IMG/VR virus record: IMGVR_UViG_3300005764_000002
Location: 1-53,650 of that record
Direction: 5' to 3' (one strand)
Origin: a virus
Lineage: Duplodnaviria; Caudoviricetes
DNA length: 53,650 nucleotides
Shown here one piece after another: positions 16,944-25,900 of the stretch (position 1 is its first letter; the number at the start of each line of letters is the position of its first letter). The position numbers and the translations under genes were made by a program. Under the pieces are notes generated by a model that worked only from the letters and a program-made list of their open reading frames with translations, had not been told where the DNA came from and searched no databases.

Positions 16944-18097
16944 CCTTGCTGCTCCTTATCTGATGGTGACTTCCAGGTGCGCGGCCAGTTGAACGGCCGC
17001 TTTCCCGGGAACTCGTGGGTATACTTCTCGTCGGTTCTGGCGGCGATTGTAGCCAGCGACTCCGACATGGTGGTTACCAGTTCGTGCAGCTCGTGAGCAT
17101 CGATCGCGGCGCGTGTGGCATGTCCGATCGGCGTATGACCTGCCGATTCCAGACAGATCAGCGCGCGTGAGATCGTCGGCCCCAGGCCACTCAGGGCCAT
17201 CCTCGCATCGTCACGTGCGTCGCGGGCGATGCCGGCATGGTCCACTGTGCGAGATGGTTTGCTGCGCTTCCAGGTCACTTTCTCAGGCTTCCCGCGCGCG
17301 TTCTTCCAGGTCAGTCCCTCGTGATCGCCGATCTTGAGCTTGAGCTGCTGCACCACCTTTCCGAGATCGCTCTCGGCATCGGCTACGCGCTCGCGTAGAT
17401 CGCGACCACGCTCGATCAGCGTGAAGGTCTCGCCATCCTCGCTGATATCGATCAGTGCGCCCGGGTTCGCGGCCCACCGCGCCTTGAGCCAGCCATCGAA
17501 TGACTCGCTGCCGTCAGGCTCCGGCACCGCACCGCCTCGCACGTTGTCGACGAGAAATCGCTGACATTGCTCGGTGAGGCCGCTGAGCAGCTCGTCATCG
17601 CGATCGATCGTGTAGTCCGTCGGCTGACCGTCAATGAAGGCACAGAGGTCCCATCGATCCAGGCCGGTGACCGCCAGGTTCCAGCTGCATTGACACAGCT
17701 CCCACAGCGGGATCTCATCGGTGCCCGGCGCGCCGTAGAGGTGACCGACGCGCCAGGTGTGGCACTTGATCTCGAGACCGCGGTCAGGGTCCGCTGATCC
17801 TGCCGCGTAGGCGATCCCGTCCGGCGTGGCCATCATCCACTCGCGATCGGGGTGCACGAGCGTTCCGGGCACCTCGATCCGCAGGTTGTGCCGGGTCGCG
17901 TAGTCGGCGCGCACGACGGGTTCCAGCAGCTCACCCCAGCGCGATCGCTCCGTATCCCGCCATGGCGGCAGCTCGCCTCGCTTCTCGCGCCAGACGTCGA
18001 TCCGGCTGCGGTACGGGTTGAGACCGACGATCGCAGACACGTCGGTTGCGGTGATGCCCTCAAGACGCTGCGCAATCTGCGCTGGTGTTAGCCCCAT
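16940..18097 (-). CDS. YqaJ-like viral recombinase / lambda-type exonuclease
   Basis: RLEGITATDVSAIVGLNPYRS...WGELLE...WMMATPDG...LEIKC. Confidence 0.9.
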   Translation of the reverse strand: MGLTPAQIAQRLEGITATDVSAIVGLNPYRSRIDVWREKRGELPPWRDTERSRWGELLEPVVRADYATRHNLRIEVPGTLVHPDREWMMATPDGIAYAAGSADPDRGLEIKCHTWRVGHLYGAPGTDEIPLWELCQCSWNLAVTGLDRWDLCAFIDGQPTDYTIDRDDELLSGLTEQCQRFLVDNVRGGAVPEPDGSESFDGWLKARWAANPGALIDISEDGETFTLIERGRDLRERVADAESDLGKVVQQLKLKIGDHEGLTWKNARGKPEKVTWKRSKPSRTVDHAGIARDARDDARMALSGLGPTISRALICLESAGHTPIGHATRAAIDAHELHELVTTMSESLATIAARTDEKYTHEFPGKRPFNWPRTWKSPSDKEQQG

Positions 18098-18104
18098 GCG
18101 GTCG

Positions 18105-18127
18105 AGTTTACCGCAGCGCTACAATCA
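18105..18127 (-). promoter_or_regulatory. operator copy before YqaJ gene
   Basis: AGTTTACCGCAGCGCTACAATCA; TTGCGG-N17-TAAACT-N7-ATG. Confidence 0.7.
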
Positions 18128-18277
18128 CCGCAAGCGCCGCAAGGCGCGTTCCGTGCCTTCGATGAATTTGGTTGGATCCATCGGAGGCAGCGAACTAATG
18201 AGATCGACGAATCGGACCGATGACACGCTGCGGTCGATGCCGTCGAATGCCGAGGCGACCGCCCCGGTCGGTGCCAG

Positions 18278-19165
18278 TCACGGTACGCCGGCGTACATCG
18301 GGAATCCGGTCGCATCGGCGATCAGCTTGCGCACGGCGCCGAAGGCGTCGCGCTCGATCTCCGGTCGGCGGTGCAGCCCGAACGAGAACATCGGTCGCTT
18401 GCCGTCCTCGGTGAGTGCGAACCGCGGGCGCACCTCGATCTGGTACCGATCGCCGCCCTCGAACACTGGGATCGCGATCCAGAACGCGCGCGGGATCTTC
18501 GTGCTGGTCGCGGGATCCGTCTCGATCTTGCAGACCAGGATGTTATCGCCGGTGGTGACGTCGATCTCGCGTTGGTACACACCCTTGGTGTTGATCATCA
18601 GCCGGCGCGCCAGCATGAGCACATCCAGCGGTTGCGGCGCGCCAGCGATTGGCTTGCCGTCCGCTCCGGTCGCGATCAGGTCCTCGAGATGCTCCTCGAC
18701 GAAGTCCCCGAAGGCCGATTGCGACATCGGCTGACCATCGCGCTCGGTCCACGCCTTCCACTGCGGCGAGCGCGGGCAGGTGTAGGTCGCGCGATATTGA
18801 CGCCACGCTGCGCCGCTGCCGGCCGGGTGATCGTCGAGCACCGCGACGAATCCCATCGCTGGAACATTCGCGTACACGATCGTGTCCTTGCTGCCCCAGC
18901 GCTTGAGCGCTTCGATGTAGGTCTCGACCTCGTGCAGCGTGAGCGTTCCGGTGCGCCGGGTAGGGCCCGTGCACCTGGCGTCGAGTGTCTCGAGCACGTC
19001 GCGCAGGATCTGGAGCTGCGCGTTGCCCTCGTACTCGTTCAGCGCAACGGGGACCTTGACATGCTCATCGTTGGGATGCGCGAGCCAGGTCACGCGCGCG
19101 GAAGCGCCGGCGATCCTAGAACCGGCGTCGAGAATGGTCTGTGCGTTGTCGATGTCATCGCTCAC
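18278..19165 (-). CDS. DUF2303 (YfdQ-like) family protein
   Basis: AVLDDH...W....A.Y....S.QWKAW...MSQ..F.DFVEE...IPVFEG. Confidence 0.85.
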   Translation of the reverse strand: MSDDIDNAQTILDAGSRIAGASARVTWLAHPNDEHVKVPVALNEYEGNAQLQILRDVLETLDARCTGPTRRTGTLTLHEVETYIEALKRWGSKDTIVYANVPAMGFVAVLDDHPAGSGAAWRQYRATYTCPRSPQWKAWTERDGQPMSQSAFGDFVEEHLEDLIATGADGKPIAGAPQPLDVLMLARRLMINTKGVYQREIDVTTGDNILVCKIETDPATSTKIPRAFWIAIPVFEGGDRYQIEVRPRFALTEDGKRPMFSFGLHRRPEIERDAFGAVRKLIADATGFPMYAGVP

Positions 19166-19527
19166 TTGTTGCCTCCATTGTTGTCGATGCTGATGACGCG
19201 CGCAGCAGGAACCGCGCGCGGCAGCGGAAGTGTTGCCTGCCGTGGATCCTCGGTGACGAGCTTGCCCTCGGCGTTGACGTAGTAGCTGCCACCCGGGAGC
19301 TTGGCCTCCGGCTTGCTCGTCTTGATGGCCACCGCGACCTCGGCGATGCCATCAGCACCGGCTGCCACCGCGATCTGGATGGTCAAGCCGCCTTTCTTGC
19401 CAGTCGCCTGGCATGCCTGCAGCAGCTCGGCGAGCTTGCCGCTGCCGAGTCGGTTGGTAGCTCCATGCCCGATATCGCGGATCAGATCCGCCAGATCGAG
19501 CGCCTCGGGTGCCTCATTATTTGCCAC
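19162..19527 (-). CDS. YfdP-like protein usually paired with DUF2303
   Basis: L.DI.HG...TGKKG.LTI...Y....G.L..EDPRQ..L. Confidence 0.75.
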   Translation of the reverse strand: MANNEAPEALDLADLIRDIGHGATNRLGSGKLAELLQACQATGKKGGLTIQIAVAAGADGIAEVAVAIKTSKPEAKLPGGSYYVNAEGKLVTEDPRQATLPLPRAVPAARVISIDNNGGNK

Positions 19528-19551
19528 GGTTTATCTCCTTGTCGGACGTGT

Positions 19552-19574
19552 GTATCATAGCTCTGCTGTAAACT
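19552..19574 (+). promoter_or_regulatory. operator copy between divergent YfdP-like and endolysin genes
   Basis: GTATCATAGCTCTGCTGTAAACT. Confidence 0.65.
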
Positions 19575-19600
19575 CCAGGCATCCGTGATACGATCGCTGC

Positions 19601-20266
19601 ATGCTGACACAGCGCGGAACCGTTCTCGCCCTCACGATCGACCAGATCGTCACCAGGTGGCTGTATCTATGCGGCAAGCGCAAGCTCGCCGATCTCGACG
19701 AGTATGCGCGTGGCCGAGGTGTGGCTCCGCTCGTCTGTCCGCCGATTTACTACCTGCTGCACGAGCACAATGGCGGCAAGGATCCATCGGCACCGGATCC
19801 CGCCGATCGATGGCAGAACCCCGGCTCGACGTTCGTGAACCGTACCGCGGACTGTGTGGCGGCGGTGGCCTGGGGCCAGGGATGGGACCGTTACCAGCCG
19901 CAGCGTTTCAATGTGCCCGGCTACGAGGGATGGATCAACACCGATAGCGCCCGATGGGAAGCGGCGAACCGCGGCGAGTGCTTCGAGCGCATCGCTCGGC
20001 CAGAACCCGGCGCCGCGATCGTGTACGCGAGCGATCCGCAGCACCACAGCCATGGGATCCCAGTCGGCCACATCGGCGGCATCACCGCTTACCACCTAGC
20101 CGAGTGGAACCCGGCCGATCCGGCGTGCTGGGAAGCGATCGAGGTAGCCAACATCGCCGCCTACAAGAACCCGGATGACACGCCGGCACAGGCGAATCGC
20201 CTTACCACCGGAGCCCACTGGCAAGGCAAGGATGCCTGGTTCCTGCGCTCGATCATGAAGCCTTGA
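19601..20266 (+). CDS. putative endolysin (CHAP/NlpC-P60-like Cys-His peptidase)
   Basis: TADCVAAVAW (Cys), WINTD, PGAAIVY, GHIG (His); beside holin/spanins. Confidence 0.65.
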   Translation: MLTQRGTVLALTIDQIVTRWLYLCGKRKLADLDEYARGRGVAPLVCPPIYYLLHEHNGGKDPSAPDPADRWQNPGSTFVNRTADCVAAVAWGQGWDRYQPQRFNVPGYEGWINTDSARWEAANRGECFERIARPEPGAAIVYASDPQHHSHGIPVGHIGGITAYHLAEWNPADPACWEAIEVANIAAYKNPDDTPAQANRLTTGAHWQGKDAWFLRSIMKP

Positions 20267-20270
20267 CATG

Positions 20271-20293
20271 AGTTTGTAGCAATGCTACAAACT
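20271..20293 (+). promoter_or_regulatory. perfect operator copy in TTGACA promoter
   Basis: AGTTTGTAGC-AAT-GCTACAAACT. Confidence 0.88.
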
Positions 20294-20297
20294 CATC

Positions 20298-20522
20298 ATG
20301 CTCGAAACGACTCGTATTGTTCGGACCCGGACAGGAGACAAGATTCACCTTGGAAGCACTGGGGCTGCCCGGGTTTATTGTGGCGCCACCTTCGGATACC
20401 ACCCGGAGCCCGTCAAGTGGGCGCCCGGCATGCATCGACGGTTCTGCGCGCGTTGCTGCTCACCCACAGGCATCGCGATCGTGCGCGCGATCGTATCGTT
20501 CCTGACCCAAACCGAGGTCTAA
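20298..20522 (+). CDS. small Cys/His protein under its own operator-promoter
   Basis: TTGACA-N17-TACAAA-N6-ATG; H..C..CARC motif. Confidence 0.65.
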   Translation: MLETTRIVRTRTGDKIHLGSTGAARVYCGATFGYHPEPVKWAPGMHRRFCARCCSPTGIAIVRAIVSFLTQTEV

Positions 20523-20530
20523 TTTCCTTG

Positions 20531-20603
20531 AGCCTCGGGCCGGAGTCGAACCGGCGACCCGCGGTTCACAAAACCGCCGCTCTACCAGCTGAGCTACCGA
20601 GGC
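20531..20603 (-). tRNA. tRNA-Thr (anticodon UGU), no encoded CCA
   Basis: GCCTCGG TA GCTC AGCTGGTA GAGC G GCGGT TTTGTGA ACCGC GGGTC GCCGG TTCGACT CCGGC CCGAGGC T; complete cloverleaf. Confidence 0.93.
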
Positions 20604-20872
20604 GCGCTACAGGCGGCCCAGGCGGCGGATGACCAGCGTTCCAGCTCACTGATCCGGGCTGCCAGCGCGTCATCGCGGGTAGCCGGATCGAGGAACGGTG
20701 CCAAGTCAGCCGGTGGGCTGGGCGGCGGATGTCGGAGACATGGATCCCGCACCGGCGTCACCGGCGGTATCGGGACCCGCGCGGGTGGATCGCCATGCCT
20801 GCAGCAGGCGTTGCAGAGAACCAGCAACAGGGCCAGCGGTCGCAGCCTGTGCCAGGAGATCATCGAGGGCAT
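20594..20872 (-). CDS. o-spanin (Rz1-like lipoprotein)
   Basis: Signal and lipobox-like LLLVLCNAC; Pro-rich; W....W..C end; overlaps i-spanin in another frame. Confidence 0.7.
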   Translation of the reverse strand: MPSMISWHRLRPLALLLVLCNACCRHGDPPARVPIPPVTPVRDPCLRHPPPSPPADLAPFLDPATRDDALAARISELERWSSAAWAACSAPR

Positions 20873-21080
20873 CGGCTCGTTTCCTTTCCGCATCGGCACG
20901 CGCTCGCTGCGTGGCCTCATTGGCGACTGCGATGGCGAGCTGGCCGGCCTGTTTCTGTGCATCTACCCGAGCATCCGCGCAACGCCGCTCGGCATCGCGC
21001 AGATCCGAGGCGAGCACGATGAACAGGCAGGCGATCAGCCCGAGCACCACGGCGCCCGCGATGAACCCGGCTGCGATCAC
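20706..21080 (-). CDS. i-spanin (Rz-like)
   Basis: N-terminal TM helix then Ala-rich coiled coil. Confidence 0.7.
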   Translation of the reverse strand: MIAAGFIAGAVVLGLIACLFIVLASDLRDAERRCADARVDAQKQAGQLAIAVANEATQRARADAERKRADALDDLLAQAATAGPVAGSLQRLLQAWRSTRAGPDTAGDAGAGSMSPTSAAQPTG

Positions 21081-21316
21081 GCTGCCTGCTTGGCGATCGT
21101 GCGCGCAACGGTGTAGCCGAGCGCCCCGAGAACCGAGGCAGCCATCCCGGCGATCGCCAGCACTCGATCGTTCGTCAGCGCTCCGCTCGCGTAGAGCGAG
21201 GTCAGAGCGAGCGCCGCGAGCTTGAGCCAGAATTCGCTCGTGCGCCAGCCAGGCTTGACCGGGGCCGGCGCCGGGGCGGGATCGGTGGTGGTCGATGCAG
21301 TCGTCGTGTCAGGCAT
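21077..21316 (-). CDS. holin
   Basis: KPGWRTSEFW motif, two TM helices, Y...R...K end. Confidence 0.75.
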   Translation of the reverse strand: MPDTTTASTTTDPAPAPAPVKPGWRTSEFWLKLAALALTSLYASGALTNDRVLAIAGMAASVLGALGYTVARTIAKQAA

Positions 21317-21342
21317 GATGAACGCTCCTTTGAGCGCCCATC

Positions 21343-21705
21343 CTACGGGCCATTTACGACGGGGGCAATGGTGTATTCGCGCGGGGCAATTACGTGCGCC
21401 CGGCCGCCGGACAGCATCACCACGACGTCTAGCCAATAGAGCTTGGGCGTCAAGTTGCTGTCGACGCTCGAGATCGTGATGTCGGCCTGACCGAGCGTGT
21501 CGCCCGATTGCGCGAGGAGCGTGATGCCGCTGGCAACCGCCTTGGCGATCGCCGGGGGATCTGCACCGCCCAGCGTGGGCTTCACCTGGAACTCGATCGC
21601 GGCTCCGGTCAGGTCCACTCGCGCATCCGCGTCATCGGTCACGGTCAGCCGGTACGTGGCCGAGTCACCGGCATAGATGGTCATCGGTCCGATCAGATCG
21701 ATCAT
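21343..21705 (-). CDS. virion protein, BppU-N-like beta domain
   Basis: IYAGDS...VTD......DLTGA.IEFQVK; GGAGG RBS. Confidence 0.6.
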   Translation of the reverse strand: MIDLIGPMTIYAGDSATYRLTVTDDADARVDLTGAAIEFQVKPTLGGADPPAIAKAVASGITLLAQSGDTLGQADITISSVDSNLTPKLYWLDVVVMLSGGRAHVIAPREYTIAPVVNGP

Positions 21706-21773
21706 GGTCGTTGCCTCCACGAGCTGCAGGTGACCGAACAGCTGGCCGACCACCGCAATCGCGCCGCGCAGCA

Positions 21774-22184
21774 TCACTTGTCCCGATCGGCCGGCGGCCG
21801 GCGAAAGCTGTACTCGCCGCCCGGCCGAGGCAGGCGTTCCTGACTGGCCGGGCGATCCAGCTCGCGCGTGACGTCGCGCGTCGAGGCTCGGTGCACCGGC
21901 AAGGATTCCACAAAGCCGGTCGGAGTGCGCTCGCCCCAATCGATCACCGTATCGACGCGCTCGGCGAGCACAGCGATGTCCTGCCGAAGATCGCCTACGG
22001 CAACACCGACGGCTGCGAGCGCAGCGGTGTCAGCCTTGGTATGCGCCTCGATCTTCTCGGTCACCTTGTCGATTGCCAGGATCATCCGCTCCCCGACGCG
22101 GTACACGATCCTGGCCAGCACGATCAGCGCTCCGACGGCAATACCGCTCTGGCCAAGTAATTTCCAGATCTCTGTGTCGTTCAT
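21774..22184 (-). CDS. membrane protein (TM plus coiled coil)
   Basis: GQSGIAVGALIVLARIVY. Confidence 0.6.
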   Translation of the reverse strand: MNDTEIWKLLGQSGIAVGALIVLARIVYRVGERMILAIDKVTEKIEAHTKADTAALAAVGVAVGDLRQDIAVLAERVDTVIDWGERTPTGFVESLPVHRASTRDVTRELDRPASQERLPRPGGEYSFRRPPADRDK

Positions 22185-23416
22185 GTCAGTCCCTCCGCAA
22201 CGAAGAACGTGCACGGGCCGAACTGTGAGTTGTTCGCAGGATTCACGAACTGCAATTCAAGCTGATCGATAGCTATCGGGAATGTGCCGACCGGATCTAC
22301 CGGGCACCGCCTGCCATTAGTCCAGACCGGAGCACCCATGCCATTCGCAGCATTCTGGATAGTGGGTCCAGCTGCTGGAGCATGGAGACTCTGGAATAGG
22401 AAGTTGCCGCTCGCTCGCCGAGAAAATAGACCGCTCCCACTGCCATTCACATTGGCACCGTTGAGCACCTGATGATTGGATGCCAGAAAGCCGCCACCAT
22501 CGAACCAGGTCAGCTTGCTCAACTTGCTGTTCTCAGTGGCCGGGTCCGTGAAGGGAATAGCGACGCTGACGAGCCGCCCGACTTGACCTTCACTGCGATG
22601 CACGATGCCAAGCGTCTCCACTCCACCACTCGTCTTGGCGATATAGAATCGGTTGATGATCGAGAAGTTGGCCCCGACATCGTAGCTGGCAGCCGGAATG
22701 AAGTTGTATTCCCACGGCATCGTGGTATGCGGTCTGACCCGGAGTGGCAAGCGCTGGTCGTGTAGCACCGCAACGGCGCCCGCCGTATCGTCGAACGCGA
22801 ATCCCGCCGCCGCAACGTAGTTGGTGCCGACCACGATGCCAGCAATCACGACGTTGCCGGCATCCGGTGTCGGATATGTCGGCGATGCTGCAGGGGTGCC
22901 CTGCTTGACCGATAGCGTGCATTTCACGCGGCGCCGGATGTTCGGCGTGATACTGGACAGCGCGCGCGTGGCTGCATCCTGGAAGTCGCGCGCCGTGGCA
23001 GTGTCCTCGAGATACTCGAGTTTCATCTGCACGATATCCACGCGCGGGTTCGCCGGATCACCGTTCGCGATCGTCACCTCGTCGGTGCCGCCGAATGTGA
23101 AGGCGAGGAGCTTGGGCTCAGTGCCATCCGCCGCGGCCACCGCCTGCATGAGGGTGCCGGCAGCGATCTTGAGCTTGTTGTTCGCCGAACCCTGATAGGG
23201 CATCGCGCCTGGAACAGATAGCGCGTAGGCGTACGGGCTCACCGTCGGATCGAACGTGGAATGGATAGTGCTGACGAACCCCTCGCGCGGCAGACAGCTA
23301 CCGATCAGCTGGTCCCACAGGATCGCGAGAGCCCGGGCTCCGAGCCCGTCGAGATCATCCAGCTCGATCCCCTCGCCATCGGCGAACTTCACACGGCCAA
23401 AGATGTCAGTGGTCAT
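22181..23416 (-). CDS. tail fibre/baseplate-attached protein
   Basis: NPRVDIV...QGTPAASPTYP...D.R fibre-anchor motif; follows baseplate genes. Confidence 0.65.
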   Translation of the reverse strand: MTTDIFGRVKFADGEGIELDDLDGLGARALAILWDQLIGSCLPREGFVSTIHSTFDPTVSPYAYALSVPGAMPYQGSANNKLKIAAGTLMQAVAAADGTEPKLLAFTFGGTDEVTIANGDPANPRVDIVQMKLEYLEDTATARDFQDAATRALSSITPNIRRRVKCTLSVKQGTPAASPTYPTPDAGNVVIAGIVVGTNYVAAAGFAFDDTAGAVAVLHDQRLPLRVRPHTTMPWEYNFIPAASYDVGANFSIINRFYIAKTSGGVETLGIVHRSEGQVGRLVSVAIPFTDPATENSKLSKLTWFDGGGFLASNHQVLNGANVNGSGSGLFSRRASGNFLFQSLHAPAAGPTIQNAANGMGAPVWTNGRRCPVDPVGTFPIAIDQLELQFVNPANNSQFGPCTFFVAEGLT

Positions 23417-23423
23417 ATCATCC

Positions 23424-24311
23424 TCACGGGTTGAGCCGGCGCTCCACGATAACACCCACACCGGCCGCTTTCTTGATTCGTAGTGCCTCGCGCACGCCCG
23501 CCGCCGTGCCAGCAGTGGTGCCGAATGGCAGGATCATGACGATCTTCGTCGGCCGCAAGACGCACGTCCGGTAGCCCCGGCTGATGTACGCCCGGGCGCG
23601 CCCGGCGCCAGCGCCATCAGTCAGGTTGCCGGTGACGTCAAGCCGCTGAGCTGTCCAGGTCACGGTGGGATCGGTGCCTGCAACGCCGGCTGCATTGGTC
23701 ACGATCGCGGCGTTGTCGTCCAGCCCGGTGATCGTCCGCGTGCCGTTGTTGCCGCCGGCCGCGGCGCCGGCGATCACGAGCTGCCAAGTGACCACCGGAG
23801 CCACGCTCGCGGCCTGGAACGGCGGCGCCGGCCATGGCAGCACGGTCGGGGTGAACGTGCTGGTGGTGCCGCTCTGTGTGAACGTGCCGCCGGTTCCAAT
23901 CAGCGGCTGGAAGTGGCCGAGATACGCGGCGTCGCGCGGCAGCTCCACCAGTGCTGCATTGCCGACGATACCCACGCCGGCCAGGATGCCGTTGACCGCA
24001 TCAAGCAGCGCCTGCCGCGTCAGGGCATCGGGAATCAGGCGCAGGCGCTGCTGCAGCGCCGGATCGGTCTCGCCGGCCTGCCGAGACGTGCCGCGATCGC
24101 GGGCGTGCTGATTCAGCCAGTCCGGGGTTCCTGCGCCGGGACCCGTCGCATGTGTGATGAGCGTTTGCTCGAATAGGTAGTCAACGATCGCCCGTGGACT
24201 ACCCATCATCTTGGCGGCAGCTGTCAGGAACTCGTCATCACGCTTAAGCCACTTTGGCAGCGCATTTCTGCCGAAGTCGTAGAGTTCCTGTTCATCGTGG
24301 GTAAGCGCCAT
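23424..24311 (-). CDS. baseplate wedge protein (P2 gpI/DUF2313-like)
   Basis: A.G...WL...A.DRG..R..GETD..L..RL; follows J. Confidence 0.65.
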   Translation of the reverse strand: MALTHDEQELYDFGRNALPKWLKRDDEFLTAAAKMMGSPRAIVDYLFEQTLITHATGPGAGTPDWLNQHARDRGTSRQAGETDPALQQRLRLIPDALTRQALLDAVNGILAGVGIVGNAALVELPRDAAYLGHFQPLIGTGGTFTQSGTTSTFTPTVLPWPAPPFQAASVAPVVTWQLVIAGAAAGGNNGTRTITGLDDNAAIVTNAAGVAGTDPTVTWTAQRLDVTGNLTDGAGAGRARAYISRGYRTCVLRPTKIVMILPFGTTAGTAAGVREALRIKKAAGVGVIVERRLNP

Positions 24312-24320
24312 GGCGAATCC

Positions 24321-25400
24321 TCAGGTGATGGCGACCGTGCCCGGCCGGATTACCTGTGCTGGGAGTGGCACGACATCAGCGAGCGGCGTGGTCAGGGTCA
24401 GCGCCTCGATCGCATCCGGGTCGACTGAGATCCCGGCGGCCTTGATCGAGTCGATGAACAGCGTCTCGCCCTGGCGTTGCTTGTTCATGCGGCCGACGAT
24501 CGCCGCCGCGGCCACCGGCCCGAGCACGCTCGTATCGATTCCGATCTTGGCGACAAGCTGGCCGGTCACGTTCACGATCAGCTGGGTTCCGCCGATGATC
24601 GTCACAAGCGAGCTGGCCGCTCGCCAGTTCTCGATCTCCGCGATGGTGTCGCTCACCATCTGCGCGGTGCTGTTGCCGTCGCTATCGGTGACCACGAGCG
24701 TGGTAATCCCCGTGCCGAGATCTTCCGTCGCGCGCGAGACGCGCACGCGTGGCACCTTGAGCGCGCCGAATTCCAGCGCCGCCAGCGTGCCACGCCGCAG
24801 CGTCTGCCAGAACAGGCGGGCGCGCACCTTGAGTTCATCATCGGTCTCCTCGTCGTTTCCGCCCGCCGCTACCGCTGGGTTGGTGATCGCGATCGTAGCG
24901 TCGAACGGCGAGCTGATGAGCCGCGTGATGGTCGCAGCTGCCACGTTGCCGCTCCGACCGGCTAGCTGTGCGGTGACGTTAACGCTGTGCGGACCATTGT
25001 CCGCGGCGCCGAATGTGACCGTCGTATCTAGCGTGAACAGCACAGTGTTACCCGCGCTATCGAACGCCGAGCCGACCACGAACCCGGCGAGAAGTGAACC
25101 GCCCGCGCCGCCACTCGTCCGGGTCACGGTCACTGTGCTCTGCGATGTCGTGGCTTCCGATCGTTGGATGTTGAGGTGGTCATCGCAAAGCGCCGTGAGT
25201 TTGTCGCCCTTGGCGCCGTCGATGAACGTCTCCTTGAGCGCTTGCACCGCGAAGCGGATGACGGCATCGGCCATTGCTCCGGACCCGTGCTGATGTGCCT
25301 GCGTGACATCACCCTCGAGAAACTGCAGCGTGGGGCGTGCCGCCAGCGCCTCGGCTTCATATTGCGCGAGGAGATCATCGAAGGATGGTGCGACGGGCAT
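24321..25400 (-). CDS. baseplate J-like protein
   Basis: A.G..L, AG..GNV, GG.DEETD.EL..R, RGT. Confidence 0.9.
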   Translation of the reverse strand: MPVAPSFDDLLAQYEAEALAARPTLQFLEGDVTQAHQHGSGAMADAVIRFAVQALKETFIDGAKGDKLTALCDDHLNIQRSEATTSQSTVTVTRTSGGAGGSLLAGFVVGSAFDSAGNTVLFTLDTTVTFGAADNGPHSVNVTAQLAGRSGNVAAATITRLISSPFDATIAITNPAVAAGGNDEETDDELKVRARLFWQTLRRGTLAALEFGALKVPRVRVSRATEDLGTGITTLVVTDSDGNSTAQMVSDTIAEIENWRAASSLVTIIGGTQLIVNVTGQLVAKIGIDTSVLGPVAAAAIVGRMNKQRQGETLFIDSIKAAGISVDPDAIEALTLTTPLADVVPLPAQVIRPGTVAIT

Positions 25401-25900
25401 CAGCGAACCTCCACTTGAACCGTGAGCGGACGGTCCATCCGCAGTCGCCCCGTCGGGGTGACCGTCACGGCGATCTTGACACCCGGCGAACCATCGTCGA
25501 GCGGTGTCGTGGTCACCAGATCAACCGTGTGCACGCGCGGATCGCGCAGATACTGGGATCGGATCCGGCTCTCCAGCTCGGCGCGCACCGCCGGCGTATT
25601 CCTCGCCTTCACGTAGTCACCGGCGCCGACTCCGAAGTCCGGAAGGGTCGGCCATTCCCGCGGGCGAGTGATCAGCCGCCGGATGAGCGATTGCCGTAGT
25701 GCCTCGCGGCCGGTCGCGACCAGCAGATCACCGGCCGGGGTCTCCACGTAGTCAGCCTCGCCGGTGATAGCATTCGGCACCGTAACGTCATACCAGATGT
25801 CCTCGCCGAAGAATTGCGCATCCTGCGTGGCACGATCCGACGCGGGCACGCCCGAGGTGCCCTCGCTCGGCGCCGGCAGGGTCCAGACCGGGCCGCTCAT
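25400..25900 (-). CDS. baseplate wedge gp25/gpW-like protein
   Basis: GDL....G.EALRQ....RL.T...E.....DFG...DPRV. Confidence 0.85.
   Translation of the reverse strand: MSGPVWTLPAPSEGTSGVPASDRATQDAQFFGEDIWYDVTVPNAITGEADYVETPAGDLLVATGREALRQSLIRRLITRPREWPTLPDFGVGAGDYVKARNTPAVRAELESRIRSQYLRDPRVHTVDLVTTTPLDDGSPGVKIAVTVTPTGRLRMDRPLTVQVEVR

Noticed and set aside
20531-20603. tRNA as attP site
   Set aside because: Full-length tRNA and no integrase found
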